From Candidatus Lokiarchaeum ossiferum (GTDB lineage: Archaea > Asgardarchaeota > Lokiarchaeia > Sigyniarchaeales > Promethearchaeaceae): a stretch of 32,000 nt of DNA. Shown here piece after piece: positions 25,669 through 32,000 of this stretch; position 1 is the first letter of the stretch, and each line of letters opens with the position of its first letter. The notes under the pieces were generated by a model, which was not told where the DNA came from, ran no database searches, and saw only the letters and a program-made list of their open reading frames with translations. The stretch lies in NCBI GenBank assembly GCA_025839675.1, contig CP104013.1:3480001-3512000 (forward strand). The letters run 5' to 3'. A program made the translations under genes and the position numbers.

Positions 25669-27195
25669 TTAAACTTGTAATTCTTCGATTTGTACTACAT
25701 CTAATTCGGCACAAACCATTGGAATATTGAAAATGGTTGCAATGGATGGGCTGGTGCGAAAATTATCGCCGGAAATTAATTCCTTGATATATGTCCCACC
25801 TTGAGCTAAGACTTTCAAGTAAATGTGCAAAGGATCCACATACTTGCATTCAATGGAATAAATTATCTTAGTTCGTGTTTTATCAGGTCTGCGATGAACC
25901 ACTCGTAAGGGTGTTCGTTGTTTAATTTTTTTTTCGCATAATTGTTCCGAAACCATTGCAAATTTGACATTTGCCTCTTCTAAACTGATAGGTTGGGCTA
26001 ATTCTACTAACGCATGATATTTTTTTTTGTTAAATTCTGAGTTTTTCTTAAATTTGATCACATCTTTCTTTGATGCAACAGTAAAATTGGTAACATGAAT
26101 GGATTTACCGTGTTGTTTATTAATGGTTTGAGTTAGTTCAAGATAATTTAAATGACGACTTCTTGGTTCTTTAATTTCCATTATGAACTCTCTCCCTGCT
26201 CCTAAACATCGGGCATCCAGATCTTCTCTTCCTGCACCATGTAGAATTGCCTTTTCTCCACCAGTTGCGGGTAGCAATGTTTCAGCGATAAGATCTTCCA
26301 CAGAACTTGGGAACATGTCTCCTGATCCATGGCATTCAGGACATATTTCACCGGTAAATTTGTGTGTTCCTCGCCCGCGGCAAAAATGACAATGCCAGTG
26401 TGTTTGGGGAAGATCTCGAACAAATTTAAGATAACGGGCGCGTAAATATAAGGGTGAAGAAGTAATTTCAATTTTAGGGATATTTGATTCTCGTAAATTC
26501 ACCATAATCGTAAGATCTGGTTTTTCAAATTTCGTCGGCTTCTGAAGTGTTTTTTGCAATCGAACTCCTAACAAACGGTTCAAATTTGCTTTAAAAGATT
26601 CACCATTGGTTACCCCAAACTTACTCCGAAATTCGTCTTCTTTGTCCCCTTGAGCGGGATTGACGTAAGTTCCGACTAAGAAGTTATTGTAATCATATTT
26701 CCGTATCAAAATTTGAATTTTCTGAACAAGAGTTTGAAGGGTGGTGTCAGTGAGTAGATCTGTACATAAATCACATGGAGATCTTATAGAATTAATGGTT
26801 AAATGATCTTGAACTTCATCGGGATGAGCTCGATACCATTTTTCTAACATTTTTTTCGCTTGGATTAAGCCGGTCCGATTTGCAATAAGATGCAAAATTT
26901 CAAGGGGATTCTGATCAAATAAGGTAAATTTTTCTAAAACCAAGTTTTTGATCAGGAGTTGATGGCACTCCATAGTTAAACCTAAGAGAATTGCTTTAGC
27001 ACGATCTGTATTGTTGGTAGCTGTCCCCAAAAATGAGAATTGGCGCCCGAAACATTCAAAACAAAGATTATGGTAACGGAGAATTGAAACAGTCTGTTTG
27101 TAAAGAGAAGGTTCCATATTTATAATTTTAATTTCCTCTTTCTCTTCTTTGATTTCTTCTTCCTCAAAATTTTCAGGCGAATCGGGCATCATCAA
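25669..27195 (-). CDS. pus10: tRNA pseudouridine synthase Pus10 (psi54/psi55).
   Basis: N-terminal zinc module LCFECFGRQF...CDLC. RYLKFVRDLPQTHW followed by the zinc ribbon CHFCRGRG...CPECHGSG. Catalytic motif HGAGREDLDARCLGAGREF. Confidence 0.85.
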   Translation of the reverse strand: MMMPDSPENFEEEEIKEEKEEIKIINMEPSLYKQTVSILRYHNLCFECFGRQFSFLGTATNNTDRAKAILLGLTMECHQLLIKNLVLEKFTLFDQNPLEILHLIANRTGLIQAKKMLEKWYRAHPDEVQDHLTINSIRSPCDLCTDLLTDTTLQTLVQKIQILIRKYDYNNFLVGTYVNPAQGDKEDEFRSKFGVTNGESFKANLNRLLGVRLQKTLQKPTKFEKPDLTIMVNLRESNIPKIEITSSPLYLRARYLKFVRDLPQTHWHCHFCRGRGTHKFTGEICPECHGSGDMFPSSVEDLIAETLLPATGGEKAILHGAGREDLDARCLGAGREFIMEIKEPRSRHLNYLELTQTINKQHGKSIHVTNFTVASKKDVIKFKKNSEFNKKKYHALVELAQPISLEEANVKFAMVSEQLCEKKIKQRTPLRVVHRRPDKTRTKIIYSIECKYVDPLHIYLKVLAQGGTYIKELISGDNFRTSPSIATIFNIPMVCAELDVVQIEELQV

Positions 27196-27263
27196 ATGAA
27201 ATGAAACAAGAGCAAAAACTTTTGTGATAGGAAAAAATAAAAAATATCGCTTTGGAAGTGATT

Positions 27264-28478
27264 TTAATTCGGTACTAACTGAGTGATAACTTCTTCCATC
27301 ATAGGTACGTCAAATATCACAGGGACGGGATATTCTGGATTTCCTTCAGTAATAGCACGCTGAGCGAGTAGGGGAATATCTTCTTCTTTTAATTTATCAA
27401 TAAAGGTTGGAATTCCCATATTTTGATTGAAAAATTTAATTTTCTCAATAAATTTTGTTGCTAAATCCTTTGGAGATTCTGAGTTTGTTCCCAATCCAAC
27501 AAGTACAGCTAAATTAGCGAGTTTCTGGTGGATTTTTTCCCCAAATTTTTCTAACATATAGGGTAGTATGACTGCATTAGCTAATCCGTGTGCAACTCCG
27601 TACATACCTCCCAAATTATGAGCAACTGCGTGAATATATCCAACTGATGCCCGAGTAAATGCAATTCCAGCATAAAAGGATGCTAACGCCATATTATTTC
27701 GAGCATCTAAGTTAGAACCATCTTTGAAAACAATTTCTATGTTTTCAAAAATCATTTTCGTCGCTTTTTCTGCATTGTGTTTGATAAATTTCGTATCATG
27801 AATCCCTATATACGATTCTACTGCATGGGTTAAAGCATCCATCCCTGTTGTGGCTGTGATAAAAGGAGGAAGGCCTTGCATTAAGCGAGGATCGAGCACT
27901 GCGACCTTTGGAATAATATTTAAGTCAATGATCGCAAATTTTTCATGGGTATCTGGATTGGTCACTACCGCTGCCGCTGTGGTTTCTGAACCTGTCCCTG
28001 CTGTAGTAGGTACAGCATAAAATGGAGGCAATTTTTTCATAACCTTGAACATTCCCCGCATTTTGAGTACGGATTGATTCGGTTTCACAACTCGACATGC
28101 AGCAACCTTTGCACAATCCATAGGTGATCCTCCCCCAAATGCGATAAATCCTTGACAATTTTCATGTTTATACATCGAATACGTGTTTTCAATATTGTCA
28201 ATTGTTGGATTGGGTTGAACTTCATCGAATATGGCATATTCGATACCTTTTTCTGAAAGTTGCTTGAATAAATTGTCTAATAATCCCAATTTTCGTAAAT
28301 TAGCATCGGTTACAATTAGTATTTTTTGTAACCTTTCGTTCTTAATTCGATCTACCATTTCTTCAATACTCTGATCCCCAGTGATTAAGTCTGGATTTGG
28401 AAATGGTATGATCCGAATCGCTCCCTTAAAAATGAGTTGGCGGAAGCGATATAAACCTTTGGTTAGTAATTTCATCAT
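27264..28478 (-). CDS. Iron-containing (group III) alcohol dehydrogenase.
   Basis: GGGSPMDCAK, the metal-binding His cluster GYIHAVAHNLGGMYGVAHG, and TTAGTGSE. Confidence 0.9.
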   Translation of the reverse strand: MMKLLTKGLYRFRQLIFKGAIRIIPFPNPDLITGDQSIEEMVDRIKNERLQKILIVTDANLRKLGLLDNLFKQLSEKGIEYAIFDEVQPNPTIDNIENTYSMYKHENCQGFIAFGGGSPMDCAKVAACRVVKPNQSVLKMRGMFKVMKKLPPFYAVPTTAGTGSETTAAAVVTNPDTHEKFAIIDLNIIPKVAVLDPRLMQGLPPFITATTGMDALTHAVESYIGIHDTKFIKHNAEKATKMIFENIEIVFKDGSNLDARNNMALASFYAGIAFTRASVGYIHAVAHNLGGMYGVAHGLANAVILPYMLEKFGEKIHQKLANLAVLVGLGTNSESPKDLATKFIEKIKFFNQNMGIPTFIDKLKEEDIPLLAQRAITEGNPEYPVPVIFDVPMMEEVITQLVPN

Positions 28479-28669
28479 AGATTCCTTCTAATATTTTTAG
28501 TTAACCATGGGGCTATCTAAAGGTTTAATCACCAAAAAACGTGAAAAATGTGAAACTTTTTCTCACTAATTGTGTCTATAATCCGTGAAAATGAAAAAAT
28601 GTTTTTATTGATGTAAGAAATGTTATCCTAAAAATGGCCTTAATTGAGAAAAATGGAGGAAGTATAATC

Positions 28670-29566
28670 CTAGGATAATTTTTCGAGTAATTTGGCTGCT
28701 TCTTCATTTTTTTGCTTAATATAATCTCCTTCAAGATCTTTCCCTATTTTGAGGGCTTCTACCAACATAGATCGCGCTTGAAATGGTTTATGTTCTTCAA
28801 ATAACTTTTTTCCAACAGTGCATAAATTTATGAAATGCATCTTTTTCTCATTTTCTTTAAAATCATCCCAATGTGTTTTTAGATCCATAAATTTTTGAAT
28901 ATAGTCTAAATTGGCGTTTAATAACTTCGAAGAAGTCTGAATTTCACCATGTCCTGGAATTAATTGCTTCCATTCGATTTTTTTATAGTTTTTCAGTGTT
29001 TTAATATACTGACTTGTATCCGTTTCATTGATATAAGGCATTGGGTCCTCGATATTATCCCCAATGATCAAAACTTTGTCGATATTATCATAAACCGATA
29101 ATTGATCAGGAGTATGTCCTGGTGCATGGAATATTTCAATTCCTTCTGCAGGAAAACTTATCTTTTCCTCAAAAACAAGAGTAGGTAACATTATCGTAAC
29201 TTCTCCTTGAGCCTTTTCTTGCATCCTTTCCAAATCGGCTTGAGCTGATTGTTCCATTCCACTCCGGCAAATAGTGTGACTAATTATTTCACTTTCAGGA
29301 AAAGCACAATTTCCCCAAAAATGATCCCAGTGGCCATGAGTAATGACGATGATTAGTGGAAACTGTTCTAATTTCTGTTCTTGGATATATTTTTTTATAA
29401 AACTCATAGAATCCGGTCCGCAGAAAGTATCGAAAAGGAACAGATGATTATTCCCTTTAATTAAGTAACTGAAGGTCGTATCCCCCATGAAATCCTCATA
29501 AAAAGAGAATGCTACCCCACGGGAGCCTACTTCGATGATTTTTACTTTTTCTTCTTGATGCACCAT
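28670..29566 (-). CDS. Metallo-beta-lactamase-fold hydrolase with a short helical C-terminal extension.
   Basis: Motifs: FLFDT, THGHWDH, APGHTPD, IIGDN and PGHG. The ATG at 29566 (MVHQEE...) is preferred; the track start 29644 would overlap the divergent methyltransferase gene. Confidence 0.8.
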   Translation of the reverse strand: MVHQEEKVKIIEVGSRGVAFSFYEDFMGDTTFSYLIKGNNHLFLFDTFCGPDSMSFIKKYIQEQKLEQFPLIIVITHGHWDHFWGNCAFPESEIISHTICRSGMEQSAQADLERMQEKAQGEVTIMLPTLVFEEKISFPAEGIEIFHAPGHTPDQLSVYDNIDKVLIIGDNIEDPMPYINETDTSQYIKTLKNYKKIEWKQLIPGHGEIQTSSKLLNANLDYIQKFMDLKTHWDDFKENEKKMHFINLCTVGKKLFEEHKPFQARSMLVEALKIGKDLEGDYIKQKNEEAAKLLEKLS

Positions 29567-29625
29567 ATTGTAATGTAATAAAAATTCTAATAAAAAGACT
29601 GCATTAATTAAACAAGGGGTAAGAA

Positions 29626-31050
29626 ATGGATAAAATGGAATCAAAAAAGCGGCGTAAATTTGGACAACATTTTACAACCGTGAGTATTTGTGAAGAATTT
29701 ATCTTACCCTATATTAAGGATTCTCTCTATGATTATATCTGGGTCGATCTTTTTGCTGGGGAGGGAAATCTTATTTTTCCTATTTTAAACCTCATCCCTG
29801 AACAGGAACGGATTTCATTTTTTGAATCTCATATCTATTTATTTGATATTCAACCCGAATGGACTGAAAAATCTATTCAAAATGCTCAGAAATATGGAAT
29901 TCCGGAAAAGTTAGCTCGCCAAAAAATTCAAACGCGGGATTGTTTAAGCAACTATCCTCAATTTTTAAGAAATCTTGAATATCCTGTATATCATGTGACA
30001 AACCCTCCTTATCTGTATTTGGGATATATTGTAAAAACCGCAGAAACTCAAAAATATCTTCCCCTTTTCACCAATGAAAATAGAGGGTTACAAGATTTGT
30101 ATCAAATTGCTCTTATAAATGACTTACGAAATGCTATAGATCAAATGATTTACATCATACCTTCGAATTTCATTTTTGGTAATTCGGTTTCCAATAAAAT
30201 TAGGGATGAATTTTTACCTTATTATTCGATTAGTCGTTCTTTCATTTTCGAAAAACAAATCTTCAAACATACTGGGACCAATGTGATGATCAATTTTTTC
30301 CAACGTAATTTAAATCCTCAGTATTCCACTGTTGAATTTCAAGGCATTAAAATTGGTAAGGAACAAAAAGAAAATAGATATCTCTTAGAACCACAATATC
30401 ATTATAAAGCAGGGTCAGAGTTTGAAACATTTATCACTAATTTTAAGGTGAAAAATCCCGTAATTATGAAATATTACCTTAAACAGCATGACGTGGATGA
30501 ACATCCAGGCAAAAATGAGATAAAAGTAATTGATGCAAACAATTTTGAAAAAAGTGAATATGTTCTTTTAACCATTTTCGTAGATTCAAAATTCGCAAAC
30601 GAAATTCAATCCAATCTTCTCTGGATACGTACGGTAGACACTGGAACACTAGATGGTCGTGCAGGACTTTATTCTATTAAAGGTTCATTCAATGCATCTG
30701 GAATTTTGGTGACCAAAGCGACATATCGAACCCATCCAATTCAAATTTTCTTTTCTCCCCCACTATCAAAAGCAGAACAAAGATTATTGCAAAACTATTT
30801 CAACTTAACTCTTGAATATCTTAGATCGATTACCGATAGTGAATTTATGACGACTTACAAGTATTCCTCGGGGCCCTATACTCGAAAATATTTTGGACTC
30901 TCTCAAGCCAAGAAAATAATTGCTACTTTCCCCTTGAATCATTTGGATGATTCTGAGAAGAATTATTTCTCCAAACTTATTTATAATAAGGACGTTACTC
31001 AACTTCTCGAATTTTTAAAAACCGTTAAAAATAAATGGAAATCGAGTTAA
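29626..31050 (+). CDS. N6-adenine DNA methyltransferase (gamma-class, Eco57I/TaqI-like) with a C-terminal putative target-recognition domain.
   Basis: FGQHFTT (the x-G-x-x-F/Y-T-P/T box), motif I VDLFAGEGNL, motif IV VTNPPY, IIPSNFIFGNS..IRDEFL, then ~220 aa without motifs. Confidence 0.75.
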   Translation: MDKMESKKRRKFGQHFTTVSICEEFILPYIKDSLYDYIWVDLFAGEGNLIFPILNLIPEQERISFFESHIYLFDIQPEWTEKSIQNAQKYGIPEKLARQKIQTRDCLSNYPQFLRNLEYPVYHVTNPPYLYLGYIVKTAETQKYLPLFTNENRGLQDLYQIALINDLRNAIDQMIYIIPSNFIFGNSVSNKIRDEFLPYYSISRSFIFEKQIFKHTGTNVMINFFQRNLNPQYSTVEFQGIKIGKEQKENRYLLEPQYHYKAGSEFETFITNFKVKNPVIMKYYLKQHDVDEHPGKNEIKVIDANNFEKSEYVLLTIFVDSKFANEIQSNLLWIRTVDTGTLDGRAGLYSIKGSFNASGILVTKATYRTHPIQIFFSPPLSKAEQRLLQNYFNLTLEYLRSITDSEFMTTYKYSSGPYTRKYFGLSQAKKIIATFPLNHLDDSEKNYFSKLIYNKDVTQLLEFLKTVKNKWKSS

Positions 31051-31796
31051 TGAGAACATGTATGTTGTCAGAAGAAGAAAAAGAACGGTATCAGCGCCAA
31101 ATCTTGATTATTGGGGATAAAAAACAAGAATCTCTCAAAAATAAGAAGATTCTACAAGTAGGGGCTGGCGGATTAGGAGGCCCCCTAATTCTCGCTCTGG
31201 TTGCAGCGGGAGTTGGTGAAATTATTCTTTTCGAAAATGATGTAGTATCTCTTTCCAATTTAGGAAGACAAATTTTGTATAAAACACAAGATTTAGGACT
31301 TTCAAAAGGTGTATTGGCTCAAAAAAGATTGCAAGAATTGAACCCTCATGTCAAAATCACTGTGATTGAAGAATGGCTATCCGCAAAATCTGCCCCAAAA
31401 TATTTAGATCCAGGAGATGTTGATTACTTAGTTGATGCTTCTGATAATTTTGAAACCAAATTCCTTGTTAATGATCTTGGGTTAAAATATAATATTCCTT
31501 TTACAATAGCGGGGATCCAAGGGTTTGAAGGGCAACTTATTTCTGTAGATCCCCATCGTACGGCATGTTATCGATGCTTGTTTGGTGATGTACCCAAAAA
31601 GAAAGATACTTCGCCTATTCCAGTGATGAGTTCCACTTGCGGTGTGGTAGGTTCCCTCCAAGCAAATGAAATATTGAAAGGACTTTTAAACCATGGAACT
31701 CGCATTTTGAATGCATTGTTGATGATTGGGCTAGAAACTGGAGATTTCACCAAAATTCCAATTAATCCAAATCCAAATTGCATCTGCCAAAAATAG
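31035..31796 (+). CDS. E1-like ThiF/MoeB/UbaA family adenylyltransferase.
   Basis: RYQRQILIIG, nucleotide loop VGAGGLGGP, DNDVVSLSNLGRQ-type segment (ENDVVSLSNLGRQ), DASDNFETKF, and zinc cysteines CYRC ... CICQ. Alternative starts are 31050 (TAATG overlap with the methyltransferase stop) and 31062 (MLSEEEKERY). Confidence 0.85.
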   Translation: MEIELMRTCMLSEEEKERYQRQILIIGDKKQESLKNKKILQVGAGGLGGPLILALVAAGVGEIILFENDVVSLSNLGRQILYKTQDLGLSKGVLAQKRLQELNPHVKITVIEEWLSAKSAPKYLDPGDVDYLVDASDNFETKFLVNDLGLKYNIPFTIAGIQGFEGQLISVDPHRTACYRCLFGDVPKKKDTSPIPVMSSTCGVVGSLQANEILKGLLNHGTRILNALLMIGLETGDFTKIPINPNPNCICQK

Positions 31797-31851
31797 TTAA
31801 AATATATATATTTAATAGGTCAAAGTTTTCTAATATTTTTGGTGGACTCAA

Positions 31852-32000
31852 ATGAGTGAACGAACAAAATTTTGTTCCTTTGCCAGCGATCCCGAAAAAT
31901 GTCATCAATTTGAAAAAATGATGTCCAACATTGGCAACAAAATGAATTTACCCGTACAAATGCTCCAATCCATTGGGCAAAGCTCATTTCAAAAAATTGA
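31852..32000 (+). CDS. Partial ORF running off the right edge. Product unknown.
   Basis: ATG at 31852, preceded by GGTGG 7 nt upstream. It is open for 49 codons to the window end (MSERTKFCSFASDPEKCHQFEKMM...). Confidence 0.35.
   Translation, partial: MSERTKFCSFASDPEKCHQFEKMMSNIGNKMNLPVQMLQSIGQSSFQKI

Noticed and set aside
26317-26400. DnaJ-like CxxCxGxG x2 zinc module inside Pus10, considered as a novel domain fusion.
   Set aside because: Archaeal Pus10 proteins, as I recall them, normally carry a CxxCxGxG-type zinc ribbon right after the conserved PQT-x-W segment. This one is only slightly longer, so it is a family feature and not a novelty.
29566-29644. Apparent 19-nt 5' overlap between the MBL and methyltransferase ORFs.
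   Set aside because: It is an artefact of the longest-ORF start. The extra 26 codons (MIPFYPFLTPCLINAVFLLEFLLHYN) are not part of the MBL fold, and the internal ATG at 29566 removes the overlap.
1-32000. Search for CRISPR arrays, rRNA, transposases/integrases, toxin-antitoxin pairs and known defence-system hallmarks.
   Set aside because: I saw no regularly spaced direct repeats, no rRNA-like conserved blocks, and no DDE, tyrosine-recombinase or serine-recombinase motifs. No nuclease/ATPase combinations typical of defence islands were seen. Only the orphan methyltransferase is noted, as a separate finding.

Overview
This is an AT-rich (by eye about one-third G+C, not computed), tightly packed chromosomal segment. 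It holds about 31 supportable protein genes, one intron-containing tRNA and one unusually long (~1 kb) noncoding gap. The gene content points to an archaeon: a tRNA intron at 37/38 in a bulge-helix-bulge fold, Pus10, TtuA, M42/TET peptidases and a PiT+DUF47 pair. A Rag/Gtr1-type GTPase with a roadblock C-terminal domain and a nearby longin-like protein suggest an Asgard (Loki-like) lineage; this placement is inference. Several bacterial-type genes are mixed in: family-1 UNG, an LpxL/HtrB-like acyltransferase and a hybrid histidine kinase. Most of the window is housekeeping or catabolic: peptidases M42 x2, S9 and M3B; crotonases x2; an Fe-ADH; methyltransferases; tRNA-modification enzymes. I found no rRNA, CRISPR array, transposase, integrase or recognisable defence island. 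An orphan N6-adenine methyltransferase sits next to an MBL-fold hydrolase and an E1-like enzyme. The best candidates for something new are: (1) the Rag-like GTPase and longin-like protein in a nutrient-acquisition neighbourhood; (2) the 4831-5622 noncoding region, with relatively G+C-rich structured islands and a mutually exclusive pairing arrangement; (3) degenerate or atypical versions of known enzymes, namely a ThrRS-N2/AlaX-like domain without its His motif and an LpxL-like acyltransferase without the canonical acidic residue. All homology calls come from motif reading by eye. No database search was run.
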